Part shown: positions 10,979 to 20,732 of the stretch, piece after piece
Numbering within the stretch: the stretch's first letter is position 1
Layout: the number at the start of each line of letters is the position of its first letter
Source: Acidimicrobiia bacterium
GTDB lineage: Bacteria > Actinomycetota > Acidimicrobiia > Acidimicrobiales > GCA-2861595
Length of the DNA: 34,390 nt
Reading direction: 5' to 3'
NCBI GenBank assembly: GCA_046566225.1
Contig: JBKHXC010000522.1
Location: 1-34,390 of the forward strand
The notes under the pieces: generated by a model
Told to the model about the DNA's origin: nothing
The model's input: the letters and a program-made list of their open reading frames with translations, nothing else
The model's database searches: none
Program-made: the position numbers and the translations under genes

Positions 10979-12502
10979 TCAGGCGTCGCCGCCGGCCTTC
11001 ACCGCCAGGCACAGGATCGACGTCCCCACCGGCAGCGACACCCGGCGCACCACCGCCCGCTCGGCCCGGGTGAGGAACAGGGCGACCCGCTCGATGAGGG
11101 GCGACTGGTCCTGGAGGCCGAGCTGCTCGGTGGCGTTGCGGGCCGTGCGCCGGCGCAGCCACACGGGGGCCACCAGCCAGCTGAACACGTGGGTGAGCTC
11201 GACGGGGCGGAACCCCGAGCGCTCCAGCTGGCCCCGCAGCAGCGGCCGGGTGTAGCGCCGCACGTGGCCCAGCATCTCGTCGGCCCCGCTCCACAGCCAC
11301 TGGTGGGCGGGCACGGTGACGACCAGGCAGCCCCCCGGCTTCAGCACCCGCCAGGCGTCGCGCAGCGCCGCCTCGGGGTCCTCGAGGTGCTCGACCACGT
11401 CGAGCATGGTCACCACGTCCACGCTGGCGGGCCGCACCGGCAGGTCGCCGATGGCCCCGACCACGGCCCGCAGGGCGTGGCGGTCGTGGGCCACCCGCAC
11501 CAGGGCCTCGGAGCCCTCCACCGCCACCACCCGGTCGGGGTGGAAGCCCAGTATGGCGGTCACGCCGCCGGCGCCGGCTCCCACGTCCACCAGCAGGACG
11601 TCGCGCCCGCCCACCGGCAGGTGGCGGCGCAGGGCCCCGGACACGAACGCCGCCTTGCTCCGGAACCACCAGTGCTCGGTGTCGGACTCGATGAGCGTGG
11701 ACGCTTGGTGGTCGTCGAACACCCCGCTGGCCTTCCCTTCGTAGCGAAGATGCGCTGGCACCCGCTTGGCGCTGCCCACGATCCTGGGGATGGCGGCCAC
11801 CATGGCGGCCCCGTCCCGCCCGAGCCGCACCTTGGTGCGGTCGTCGTGGCTCCACTCGATGGCCACCTCCCGCACCGCGATCCCCAGCCGGCGGGCCACG
11901 GCGATGGCCTCCACGTCCCAGGCGAAGCCGTCCTGGGAGCAGAACGGCAGGATGGCCCGCCACACCTCGGTGGCCGCCACCTTGGCCCCGCACTGGGTGT
12001 CGGTGATGCCGGGGGCCACCACGAGCTGGACCAGCCGGTTGTAGGACTTGCCGAGGAACTCCCGGAACCGGCCCTGGGGCCGCACCAGCCGGGAGGCGAC
12101 CGCATCCCGGGACCCGATGGCGAGGACCGGTCCCATCCGTGCGGTGAGCAGGATCTCCTGGAGCTGGTCGAGGGGCGTGGACAGGTCGACGTCGCAGAAC
12201 CCGGCGTAGTCGGCGCCGGCGACGGCCAGGCCGGCCCGGACGGCGGCGCCCTTGCCGTGGTGCGGCCGGCACAGGAAGCTGGCCGTGCGCCCCGGCCAGC
12301 GGGCGATGAAGTCCTCCACCAGCTCGGCGGTGCGGTCGGAGCTGCCGTCGTCCACGAAGATCAGCTCGCTGCCGGGGGCCAGGCCGTCGATGAACTCGGC
12401 GATCTCCTTGGCGTGCTCGGCGAAGCGCTCCTCCTCGTTGTAGAGGGGGACGACGAGCGAGAGGGAGCCACCGTGGTCGCCCGCCGGGGCCCGCGCCTCC
12501 AT
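10979..12502 (-). CDS. Fusion protein: GT2 polyprenyl-phosphate hexosyltransferase-like domain plus class I SAM methyltransferase domain
   Basis: Tail of track ORF 10979..14218. N-terminal half: LSLVVPLYNEEERF, IFVDDGSSDRT, HHGKGAAVRAG, FCDVDLSTP, GITDTQCGAK (DPM1/ALG5/GtrB-like signature). C-terminal half: LLVDVGAGAGGVT, MLDVVEHLEDP, LKPGGCLVVTVP. ATG 12502 chosen; ATG 12565 is an alternative. Confidence 0.85.
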   Translation of the reverse strand: MEARAPAGDHGGSLSLVVPLYNEEERFAEHAKEIAEFIDGLAPGSELIFVDDGSSDRTAELVEDFIARWPGRTASFLCRPHHGKGAAVRAGLAVAGADYAGFCDVDLSTPLDQLQEILLTARMGPVLAIGSRDAVASRLVRPQGRFREFLGKSYNRLVQLVVAPGITDTQCGAKVAATEVWRAILPFCSQDGFAWDVEAIAVARRLGIAVREVAIEWSHDDRTKVRLGRDGAAMVAAIPRIVGSAKRVPAHLRYEGKASGVFDDHQASTLIESDTEHWWFRSKAAFVSGALRRHLPVGGRDVLLVDVGAGAGGVTAILGFHPDRVVAVEGSEALVRVAHDRHALRAVVGAIGDLPVRPASVDVVTMLDVVEHLEDPEAALRDAWRVLKPGGCLVVTVPAHQWLWSGADEMLGHVRRYTRPLLRGQLERSGFRPVELTHVFSWLVAPVWLRRRTARNATEQLGLQDQSPLIERVALFLTRAERAVVRRVSLPVGTSILCLAVKAGGDA

Positions 12503-12621
12503 GCCGTGAATCCTGCCGTGCCCGACGTCCCCGTCCAAGTCGAGGCCCCGCCGGACCACCGACATCGCCGCGGCCGTCGACTGCCCGTAGCCGCCGGGCG
12601 AGCGCCCGCCCGGCGGGAGCG

Positions 12622-14361
12622 TCAGCCGCCGACCTTCCACACCACGATCCCGCCGTCGTCGGCCAGCACCTCCAGGCCCAGCCCCTCGAGGTGCTCCAGG
12701 ACGGCGGGCAGCGGCGGGTCCCGGTGGTACACCACGAACCCGATGCCCAGGGCGCGCAGGTCGCCGGCGTCGAAGGCGGGCGGGTCGCCGAACCCCGGCT
12801 CGCCCGCCAGGGCCAGCACCTGGCGGTAGACCGGGATGCGGGTGAGGCGGTCGAGCCTCTCCGCCCGGTACCGCGACACGTGGCCCGACACGAGCGGCTT
12901 GCCGTGGACGGTGGCGTAGTACAGGAAGATCGAGAAGTCCCGGGGCGGCGCCGGGTCGCCCACGAGGGCGACGCCCGACTGCCACTGGAGCGGGATCTCC
13001 AGCACGGCGCCGGGATCGGGGTCGGCGGCGATGGCCCGGTAGGGGGCCGGTGCGTCGACGGGGTGGCTCGGCATCGGGCCGGGGAGCAACTCGACGACCA
13101 GGACGGCGGTCGCCGCCGCGATCGCCCACCCGCCGCGTGCCGGCCACCGGCGGGCGACGGCGGCCAACGTGCCGGCGGCGAGCACGGCGAGGGCCAGGAT
13201 GGCCAGGATGGCGAACCGGGCGGGCACCCGGACGCCGTTGACGACGGGGACCAGGTGCAGCGCCAGGTAGGGCAGGGGCACGGCGAACTCCCGCCCCAGG
13301 TACGAGAAGCCGGACCCCGACCGGCCGCCGACCTGGAGGAACGGCCCCAGGGCCAGGACCCCGGCCGTGACGGCCAGGGCCACCCATCCCCGCCGGCGGG
13401 CGCGGTCGCCGAGCTCGCGGCCGGCCACGGCGAGGGCGAGGACGACCAAGCCCGGGTAGACGACCCCCTCGCCGCCGGCGCTCAGGCGCCGCCTGGTGCC
13501 CTCCACGACCGACCCCCAGAGCGGGTGCTCCTGCCACGGGAGGAACCACGACACCACGTCCGCCGACCGCAGGTCGGCGCCGCCCCACCCGGGCAGGGGG
13601 TCCAGCTCGCCGGCCCCCAGCGCCTGCGCCATCGGCACGGCGACGGGAAGGGCGACCACGGCGGCCACTCCGGCGGCCGCGGCCAGCTTCCCCAGCAGGG
13701 CCGCGGAGACCTCCCGCCGCCGGGCGGCCAGGAGCACCGCGATGCCGATCAGGAGGAACACCGTGTAGTAGGCGTCGGTGAGGAAGGTGAGCCCCACCAC
13801 CCCGCCGAGGGCGGCCGCCCGCCCGCGGGACGGCCGCTCCACGAGGCGGAGGAGCGCCAGGAGCCCGAAGGGCAGGAGCTGGGCGTGGATGAGGTTGAAG
13901 TGCCCGGCTGCCGCGTGCACGAACCGGTACGGGACGAAGGCGAAGGCGACGCCGGCGAAGAAGGCGGCCCGCCGGTCGTCGCAGACCCGCAGGGCCAGGA
14001 GGTAGGCGCCGAGGGCCGACAGCAGGGCGGCGGCGACCTGCAGCACGTTCAGGGCGATCCCCACGCCGAACAGCCGGGCGACCGGCCACGAGGCGACGAT
14101 GGCCGACGGGGTGGAGGTGTGGAAGGCGAGGTCGGCCCCCACGGGGTGGAAGAGCTGGTCGGTGACGAACGGGTTGTCGAGCCGGAGCACGGCCCGCGGC
14201 ATGGCCCAGAACGCCCACAGGAAGGTGCTGCCGTCGCCGCCGGCGGACATGATTCGGGTCCCGAAGTGGCGGATGCCGCCCCAGTAGAAGGCGACGGTGA
14301 GGACGGCGAAGCCGGCCAGCGGGAGCAGGGCCGACGCCCGCCGGCGGGCCGGGGGCGTCAC
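12622..14361 (-). CDS. Large polytopic membrane protein, YfhO/GT-C-like (function unknown)
   Basis: Tail of track ORF 12622..15999. 579 aa, with many hydrophobic helices and a C-terminal soluble region of about 150 aa. GTG 14361 overlaps the stop of the upstream gene (GTGA). The first loop, GGDGSTFLWAFWAMPRAVLRLDNPF, recalls YfhO-like families. That comparison is from memory and was not searched. Confidence 0.7.
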   Translation of the reverse strand: MTPPARRRASALLPLAGFAVLTVAFYWGGIRHFGTRIMSAGGDGSTFLWAFWAMPRAVLRLDNPFVTDQLFHPVGADLAFHTSTPSAIVASWPVARLFGVGIALNVLQVAAALLSALGAYLLALRVCDDRRAAFFAGVAFAFVPYRFVHAAAGHFNLIHAQLLPFGLLALLRLVERPSRGRAAALGGVVGLTFLTDAYYTVFLLIGIAVLLAARRREVSAALLGKLAAAAGVAAVVALPVAVPMAQALGAGELDPLPGWGGADLRSADVVSWFLPWQEHPLWGSVVEGTRRRLSAGGEGVVYPGLVVLALAVAGRELGDRARRRGWVALAVTAGVLALGPFLQVGGRSGSGFSYLGREFAVPLPYLALHLVPVVNGVRVPARFAILAILALAVLAAGTLAAVARRWPARGGWAIAAATAVLVVELLPGPMPSHPVDAPAPYRAIAADPDPGAVLEIPLQWQSGVALVGDPAPPRDFSIFLYYATVHGKPLVSGHVSRYRAERLDRLTRIPVYRQVLALAGEPGFGDPPAFDAGDLRALGIGFVVYHRDPPLPAVLEHLEGLGLEVLADDGGIVVWKVGG

Positions 14362-16139
14362 GCTGCCTCGTACGCGGTGACCACCAGGTCGAGCCGGCCG
14401 ATGAACGGGACCACCTCGCTGCCCGCCGCCCTCCAGCCGGGCGGCGCCTCCCGCTCCCCCGATCCCTCCAGGCCCACGAAGGCGAAGCGGGTGACGCCGG
14501 CGCGCTCCAACACCTCGACGGCGAAGGCCTGCTCGGCCTCGGTCGGCGCCGTCAGCCACCGCCGATCGCCGTAGAAGGCGCCGCCCTCCCGGGCCAGGTG
14601 GCCCACGGTGGAGACCAGCACCGGCTCCGGACGGCGGCTCAGCGCGCCCACCGCGGCGGCCACGTCGTGGGTCCGGATGGAGGTCCACACCAGGCCGTAG
14701 GCGGTGACGGCGGCGGCGAGGGCGAGGAAGGCCCGCCCGGCCCATGGCCGCAACCGGGGCAGGGCCGCCACGCCGGCCACGCCGAGCAGGAGCCCGCTCA
14801 CCAGCAGGTAGCGCCCGGCCCACTGCGGCGCGGCCCCGCCCTGGAACTGCGTGGCCCACACCAGCGGGAGGGCGCCCAGCGCCACCCCCAGGACGTACCG
14901 GCCGGCGGCCGTCCCCCACCCGCGGACGAGCCCGACGCACGCCAACGGCGTCGCCGCCACCAGGCCGGGGACGAAGCCGGGAGCGGCCCCGAAGCGCAGC
15001 AGGTACAGGGCGCCCGCCCCGGCGGCGGCCAGCACGGCCGGGCCGGCGTCCCCGGGGCGCCCGGCGCGGGCGGCCACGAAGACGAGGAGGGCGACGAGCG
15101 CGGTCCCGACGACGTAGACGGCGGCGTCGTGGCGGGGCGTGAGCGCCGCCGCGTTCAGCATCGCCTCCTCGACCCGCTTGCCGGCCACGTCCCCCGTGGC
15201 GTCCACCGCCGACGACGCCCGCCCGGCGGCCCGCTCCCCGCGGATGGCGCTCCCCATGGTCGCCGACTCCAGCGCGGCGTTGGCGGCCAGGGGCCCGGCC
15301 AGGCCGGCGGCGGCCAGAGCCCCGGTCGCCACGGCCGCCGCCAGGCGGCGCCGGCCCAGCCAGAGGACCAGGCAGGCCACGGCGACGGCCACGAAGCCGT
15401 ACGCCAGGGCCTCGGTGCGCAGCGTGGCGGCGGCGCCGAACAGCCCTCCCGCACCCAGCGCCCACCCCGCCGGCCGCCGGCCCTCCACCAGGTCGACCAG
15501 CACGACGACGGCCCACGCCATGGCGGCCACGCCCAGCGAGTGCTCCCAGAAGTCGAGGGCGTAGATGGTGAGGGGCGATGCGAGCCCCACGATCCAGAAC
15601 GCCGCCCAGCCGTCGCCCCCCGAAAGGCGGCGGGCCAGGGCCCGGGCGGCCAGGGCGGCGAGCACCGATCCGAGCATCGGCAGGACGAGGGCGAGCCGGT
15701 AGCCCCCCAGGCGGTAGAGCGGGTAGCCGGCGTAGAGCATGGGCAGGGTGGTGACGTTCACCCACCGGTCCCCCACCTTGGCGGTGTAGTACAGCGGGTG
15801 GACGCGGCCGTCGGGGTCCCACTCCTCGGCCCAGTAGCCGATGTCGGGGTCGAGGGCGCAGCGCTCCTCCATGGCCCGCAGCGTCGCCACCTTCCCACCG
15901 GTGTCGGTGCCCAGGTACCCCCGGGGGTCGTTGAGGAGCGACAGGGCCAGGTAGGCCGCCAGCAGGACGGCGCAGGCCACGAGCGGCCGGCGCGCCCACG
16001 AAGGTCCCGGCGGCTGCACCGCGGGATGGTACCGGCCGCCGTCCGCGGTCACGTGGTCACACGACGGCGGACCGCTCCCGGAAATCCACCCGGCGACCTC
16101 GACATCGGGCCGGGGCGGCGCGACATTCCTGAGGTACAC
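14358..16139 (-). CDS. Polytopic membrane protein, paralogue of 18752..20599 (GT-C-like, function unknown)
   Basis: Track ORF of 593 aa. Multiple TM helices and a C-terminal soluble domain of about 100 aa. Shares the motifs DPDG..PL, LR.EA and Q..GG..W.GR with the 18752..20599 product. Start uncertain: GTG 16139, with in-frame GTGs at 16052 and 16019. Confidence 0.7.
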   Translation of the reverse strand: MYLRNVAPPRPDVEVAGWISGSGPPSCDHVTADGGRYHPAVQPPGPSWARRPLVACAVLLAAYLALSLLNDPRGYLGTDTGGKVATLRAMEERCALDPDIGYWAEEWDPDGRVHPLYYTAKVGDRWVNVTTLPMLYAGYPLYRLGGYRLALVLPMLGSVLAALAARALARRLSGGDGWAAFWIVGLASPLTIYALDFWEHSLGVAAMAWAVVVLVDLVEGRRPAGWALGAGGLFGAAATLRTEALAYGFVAVAVACLVLWLGRRRLAAAVATGALAAAGLAGPLAANAALESATMGSAIRGERAAGRASSAVDATGDVAGKRVEEAMLNAAALTPRHDAAVYVVGTALVALLVFVAARAGRPGDAGPAVLAAAGAGALYLLRFGAAPGFVPGLVAATPLACVGLVRGWGTAAGRYVLGVALGALPLVWATQFQGGAAPQWAGRYLLVSGLLLGVAGVAALPRLRPWAGRAFLALAAAVTAYGLVWTSIRTHDVAAAVGALSRRPEPVLVSTVGHLAREGGAFYGDRRWLTAPTEAEQAFAVEVLERAGVTRFAFVGLEGSGEREAPPGWRAAGSEVVPFIGRLDLVVTAYEAA

Positions 16140-16183
16140 CTCGCGCGCGGCGGGCTCGTGCGAACGACGGGAGAGGAGGGGCC

Positions 16184-16615
16184 ATGGCCGACCCCCGGGA
16201 GGTAGCCGCCCGCTGGATGGAGGCGTTCGACGCCCACGACCCGGACGGCATGCGCGCCGTCACCGCCCCGGACGTCACGATGACGGCCCCGCCGGAGGTC
16301 ACGCTCAAGGGCGAGCCGGAGGTCACCCGCTACGCCATGGCCTGGCTCGACGCCTTCCCCGACGCCACGGCCACCGTCCACCACGAGACGGCGGGCGGCG
16401 ACACGGTGGTCCAGGAGTTCACCTTCCAGGGGACCCACGGCGCCACGCTGAGCGGGCCCCAGGGGGACATCCCCGCCACCAACCGGCGGGTGAGCGGGCG
16501 GGGCGCCCAGGCCATCGAGGTCCGCGACGGGATGATCAGCGAGGTCCGGCTCTACTTCGACCAGGTCCAGCTGCTCACCCAGCTCGGCCTGATGGGGGCC
16601 CAGGCCCCGGCCTGA
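16184..16615 (+). CDS. SnoaL-like / predicted ester cyclase (NTF2-fold) protein
   Basis: 143 aa. AARWMEAFDAHDPDGMRAV...IEVRDGMISEVRLYFDQVQLLTQLG is typical of the SnoaL/ester-cyclase family. A good SD (GGAGAGGAGGGG) precedes the ATG. Confidence 0.8.
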   Translation: MADPREVAARWMEAFDAHDPDGMRAVTAPDVTMTAPPEVTLKGEPEVTRYAMAWLDAFPDATATVHHETAGGDTVVQEFTFQGTHGATLSGPQGDIPATNRRVSGRGAQAIEVRDGMISEVRLYFDQVQLLTQLGLMGAQAPA

Positions 16616-16703
16616 GCCCCACCGGGGCGGGGCCCGGGACGACCACGGGGCCGCACGCCGTCACAGGGTGGCCCCGGAGGGACGACGCCGCCCCCGGCCC
16701 GGC

Positions 16704-18716
16704 TCAGACCGGCACCTCCCGCAGCTCCCGCTTGAGGTCGGCGATCTCGTCGCGGAGGCGGGCGGCGTACTCGAAGCGCAGGTCGGCGGCCGCCTCGTGC
16801 ATCTCCTCCTCCAGGGTGCGGATGAGCCGGCCCAGCTCGTCGCGGGGCAGCTCGGCGAAGTCGCTGCGGTCCCGGCGCCGGGACCTCCGGCCGCCGCCGG
16901 CGACGGGGGCCGCCTGGTCGGGCCGGAGCTGGGCCAGGATGTCGGTGACCGCCTTGCGGATGGTCTGGGGGTCGATGCCGTGCTCGGCGTTGTGCTCCTG
17001 CTGGACCTTGCGCCGGCGCTGGGTCTCGGAGATGGCCCGGCGCATGGAGTCGGTGACGGTGTCGGCGTACATCACCACCTGGCCGTCCACGTTTCGGGCC
17101 GCCCGGCCCATGGTCTGGATGAGCGACGTCTCGCTGCGCAGGAAGCCCTCCTTGTCGGCGTCGAGGATGGCCACCAGCGACACCTCGGGCAGGTCGAGGC
17201 CCTCGCGCAGCAGGTTGATGCCCACCAGCACGTCGAACTCGCCCAGGCGCAGGTCGCGCAGGATCTCGATGCGGGCGATGGTGTCCACGTTGGAGTGCAG
17301 GTACCGCACCCGCACGCCCATCTCCAGCAGGTAGTCGGTGAGGTCCTCGGCCATCTTCTTGGTGAGGGTGGTCACCAGCACCCGGGCGCCGGCCTCCACC
17401 CGCTCGCCGATCGAGGCGATGAGGTCGTCGATCTGGCCCTTGGTGGGCTTGACCACCACCTCGGGGTCGACCAGCCCGGTGGGGCGCACGATCTGCTCTA
17501 CCACCTGGGTGGACTGGCCGATCTCGTAGGGCGAGGGGGTGGCCGACAGGAACACGCACTGGTTGACCCGCTGGTAGAACTCGTCGAAGCGCAGGGGCCG
17601 GTTGTCGGCCGCCGACGGGAGCCGGAACCCGTAGTCGATGAGGGTCTCCTTGCGGGAGCGGTCCCCCTCGTACTGGCCGTGGAGCTGGGGCACGGTCACG
17701 TGGGACTCGTCGATCACCAGCAGGTAATCGTCGGGGAAGAAGTCCAGCAGGGTGAACGGCGGCTGGCCCGGCTCGCGCCCGTCGATGTGGCGGCTGTAGT
17801 TCTCGATGCCGCTGCAGAAGCCGATCTCCGCCATCATCTCCAGGTCGTACTGGGTGCGCATGCGCAGCCGCTGGGCCTCCAGCAGCTTCCCCTCCCGCTC
17901 GAAGAACGCCAGCCGTTGCTGGAGCTCGGTCTCGATGGCGCCGATGGCCCGCCGCATCCGCTCGTCGCCGGCCACGTAGTGGGTGGCGGGGAAGACCGAC
18001 AGCTCCTCCACCTCGCCCAGGTGCTCCCCGGTGAGGGTGTCGATGCGGCTGATGCGCTCCACCTCGTCGCCGAACAGCTCGATGCGCACCGCCGTCTCCT
18101 CGTAGGCCGGGTGCACCTCGATGGTGTCGCCCCGCACCCGGAACCTCCCCCGCACCAGGTTGTGGTCGTTGCGCTCGTACTGCATGTCGACCAGCTGCGA
18201 GAGGATGGACCGCTGGTCCCGCTCGTCGCCGGGGTGGAGCAGCAGCACCCGGCGGGCGTACTCCTCGGGCGATCCCAGCCCGTAGATGCACGACACCGAG
18301 GCCACCACGATGACGTCCCGGCGGGCCAGCAGGGCGGCGGTGGCCGAGTGGCGCAGCCGGTCGACCTCGTCGTTGATCGACGAGTCCTTCTCGATGTAGG
18401 TGTCGCTGGAGGCGATGTAGGCCTCGGGCTGGTAGTAGTCGTAGTAGCTGACGAAGTACTCGACCCGGTTGTCGGGGAAGAACTCCCGGAACTCGTTGGC
18501 CAGCTGGGCGGCCAGGGACTTGTTGGGGGCGATGACCAGGGTGGGGCGCTGCACCCGCTCGATGGTCCAGGCGATGGTGGCCGACTTGCCCGAGCCGGTG
18601 ATGCCCAGCAGGGTCTGGAAGCGGTCGCCCCGCAGCACCCCCTCGGCCAGGGCGTCGACGGCCCGCGGCTGGTCGCCGGCGGGCGCGAAGTCGGACACGA
18701 CCCTGAACGGCGGCAC
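16704..18716 (-). CDS. uvrB: Excinuclease ABC subunit B
   Basis: Tail of track ORF 16704..20459. [24 protein letters not shown]..., [29 protein letters not shown], helicase motifs, and a C-terminal UVR motif ([16 protein letters not shown]). Start GTG 18716, 670 aa. ATG 18788 would overlap the upstream gene. Confidence 0.95.
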   Translation of the reverse strand: MPPFRVVSDFAPAGDQPRAVDALAEGVLRGDRFQTLLGITGSGKSATIAWTIERVQRPTLVIAPNKSLAAQLANEFREFFPDNRVEYFVSYYDYYQPEAYIASSDTYIEKDSSINDEVDRLRHSATAALLARRDVIVVASVSCIYGLGSPEEYARRVLLLHPGDERDQRSILSQLVDMQYERNDHNLVRGRFRVRGDTIEVHPAYEETAVRIELFGDEVERISRIDTLTGEHLGEVEELSVFPATHYVAGDERMRRAIGAIETELQQRLAFFEREGKLLEAQRLRMRTQYDLEMMAEIGFCSGIENYSRHIDGREPGQPPFTLLDFFPDDYLLVIDESHVTVPQLHGQYEGDRSRKETLIDYGFRLPSAADNRPLRFDEFYQRVNQCVFLSATPSPYEIGQSTQVVEQIVRPTGLVDPEVVVKPTKGQIDDLIASIGERVEAGARVLVTTLTKKMAEDLTDYLLEMGVRVRYLHSNVDTIARIEILRDLRLGEFDVLVGINLLREGLDLPEVSLVAILDADKEGFLRSETSLIQTMGRAARNVDGQVVMYADTVTDSMRRAISETQRRRKVQQEHNAEHGIDPQTIRKAVTDILAQLRPDQAAPVAGGGRRSRRRDRSDFAELPRDELGRLIRTLEEEMHEAAADLRFEYAARLRDEIADLKRELREVPV

Positions 18717-18723
18717 CGCGCCG

Positions 18724-18729
18724 ATGGTA
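18724..18729 (-). promoter_or_regulatory. -10-like hexamer TACCAT 7 nt upstream of the uvrB GTG (possible leaderless promoter)
   Basis: The minus strand reads TACCATcggcgcgGTG within the 35-nt gap after the upstream stop. TANNNT match. Pattern only. Confidence 0.3.
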
Positions 18730-18751
18730 CCGGCGGGGTGCGACAGCGGGT

Positions 18752-20599
18752 CTACGGCCGAGCCGCCGGCAGGGTGAGCGCCCGCCATCCCAGGCGGGCG
18801 GCCCCCGGGCCGGTGACGTCGCGGAAACCGGGGAAGGCGGAGCGCAGGTCGGCGGCCCGGGAACGGTCGACCACGACGTCGACACGAGCGCCCGACGTGC
18901 GCCGTATGCGGGACACCACCTCCTCCATGCCGCTGGGCGGCACCACCATCCACCCGACCTCGGGGTACGTCCTCCAGGCGGCGGGCGGCAGGGCCGGGCT
19001 GTGGGTCAGCACGAGCCTGCCCCCGCCGGCGACCACCTCGTCGGCGACGTCGTCGAGGAGCGGCCGCACGTGGCGGACCACCGACAACCCGGTCCCGAGC
19101 GGCAGGGCGGCCAGGAGGACCAGCAGCCCGACCACGACCGGGCGCCGCCCCGGGAGCCGCTCCACGACGTCGCGGAGGCCAAGGCACGCCAGCACCGCCA
19201 GCGGCACGGCGGCCGGCGAGAAGAAGCGCCCACCCCACTCGAAGCCACCACCGATGCGGTACTGGGTGGCGACCACGGCGGCGCCGAACAGCGCCACCAC
19301 CGTCACCAGGAACAGGCCCGGGCCCCGCGGGCGGCGGCCGACGACCACGGCGGGGCCCAGCAGGGCCAGAGGCCATGCCGCCACCAGCCCGGTGATGGAC
19401 TGGTCGGTGCCCATGGCCCAGCGGGCGGCGTAGAGAGCGGTGGCGGCGCCCAGCCCGACGCCGACGTCGCGGGGCCAACCGGGGCGGCGCCGCACCGCCG
19501 CCCAGGCCGCGAACCCGACCATGGTGAGCGCGACCACCACCACGAGCGACTCCGCCGTGGTGGCGTGGGACCCCTGGAGGAGCGAGTGCCACGCGCCCTG
19601 GAGGCGGCCCACCAGGAAGTCGCCGGCACCGCCGCCGGAGCCCACCGTCGTGGCGACGTCCTCGCCCCGCACGCCACCCTCCCGGTACCGCCCGCCGACG
19701 ATGGAGCCGATCCACGCCCGCTCGGCGGCCACGGTCGCGCCGACGACGCCGAGGATGGCGCCCGCCAGGAGCAGGCGCCCCCGGGGCGGTGGGCGTCCGT
19801 CGGACGCCCACCGCGGGGCGAGCGCCACCGCGCCGGCCAGGGCCAGGCCGAAGAGCACCGCCTCCGCCCGCAGCAGGACGCCGGCCGACACCGAGCCCAG
19901 CAGGGCGGCCGTCCACCGCCACGACGGCGACCGCTGCGCGGCGAGGGCCGCCAGGACCGCCGCCCCGGCCAGCGCCGCGCTGGGCGCGTGGGCGAGGACG
20001 AGGAAGCCGTTGATGGCCACCGGTCCGGTGGCGGCGACCCAGAAGGCCCCCCGGCTGGCCCGGGCGTCGACCCGGGCGGCGACCGACCAGGCGGCCGCCG
20101 CCACGCCGAGGGTGCCGAGCAGGCCCAAGGCGTACAGGCCGGTCGTCCCGCCGAGCACCCGGGTCGCCGCCAGCAGCGCCAACGGGTACGCCGGGTGGTG
20201 GACGTAGGGGAACCAGCTCCCGTCCTCCCGGGCGGCGTTCCGCAGCGGGAACCAGCTCCCGTCGGGGTCGTACACCGCGGGCCGGTAGTCGTACTCCCAC
20301 GATCCCTGCTCCAGGGCCCGCACCTGGATGGCATACAGGCCCTCGTCGGCGGTGAAGGTGGCGCCCGGGTGGAGGAGGGGGGCGGCCATGCCCAGGAGCG
20401 CACCCAGGGCCAGCAGGTGGGCGGGAAGGGGCAGGGCCCACGCCCTCCCGGCGATGCACGGCACGGCCCTCACGCCCGGCGGTGGCTCCCGGGGGCAGGT
20501 GGCCACTCCCGAGCGGGCACGCCGACGGAGCCTACCGGCCAGGGCGCGGCCGCCGCCCTCTACCATCGGGGCCGGTCGACGCAGCAAGGAGGGGCTCAT
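18752..20599 (-). CDS. Polytopic membrane protein, ArnT/PMT-like GT-C glycosyltransferase candidate
   Basis: Track ORF of 615 aa. The first loop, [22 protein letters not shown], resembles the ArnT DE..YA...R.ML..G.W motif. Many TM helices and a C-terminal soluble domain. ATG 20599 has GGAG 4 nt upstream. In-frame GTGs at 20506, 20473 and 20464 are alternatives. Confidence 0.7.
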   Translation of the reverse strand: MSPSLLRRPAPMVEGGGRALAGRLRRRARSGVATCPREPPPGVRAVPCIAGRAWALPLPAHLLALGALLGMAAPLLHPGATFTADEGLYAIQVRALEQGSWEYDYRPAVYDPDGSWFPLRNAAREDGSWFPYVHHPAYPLALLAATRVLGGTTGLYALGLLGTLGVAAAAWSVAARVDARASRGAFWVAATGPVAINGFLVLAHAPSAALAGAAVLAALAAQRSPSWRWTAALLGSVSAGVLLRAEAVLFGLALAGAVALAPRWASDGRPPPRGRLLLAGAILGVVGATVAAERAWIGSIVGGRYREGGVRGEDVATTVGSGGGAGDFLVGRLQGAWHSLLQGSHATTAESLVVVVALTMVGFAAWAAVRRRPGWPRDVGVGLGAATALYAARWAMGTDQSITGLVAAWPLALLGPAVVVGRRPRGPGLFLVTVVALFGAAVVATQYRIGGGFEWGGRFFSPAAVPLAVLACLGLRDVVERLPGRRPVVVGLLVLLAALPLGTGLSVVRHVRPLLDDVADEVVAGGGRLVLTHSPALPPAAWRTYPEVGWMVVPPSGMEEVVSRIRRTSGARVDVVVDRSRAADLRSAFPGFRDVTGPGAARLGWRALTLPAARP

Positions 20600-20732
20600 C
20601 CAACTCCGCTCCCGTCACCCGGACGATGCGGGCGGCGCCACCGTCGACGCCGAGGCGCGCCTGCCGGCCTGGGAGCGGCGCGAGCCGCCCCCCGTCCTGG
20701 AGCCGTTCCGCTTCGCACCCCTGGTCACGGCC

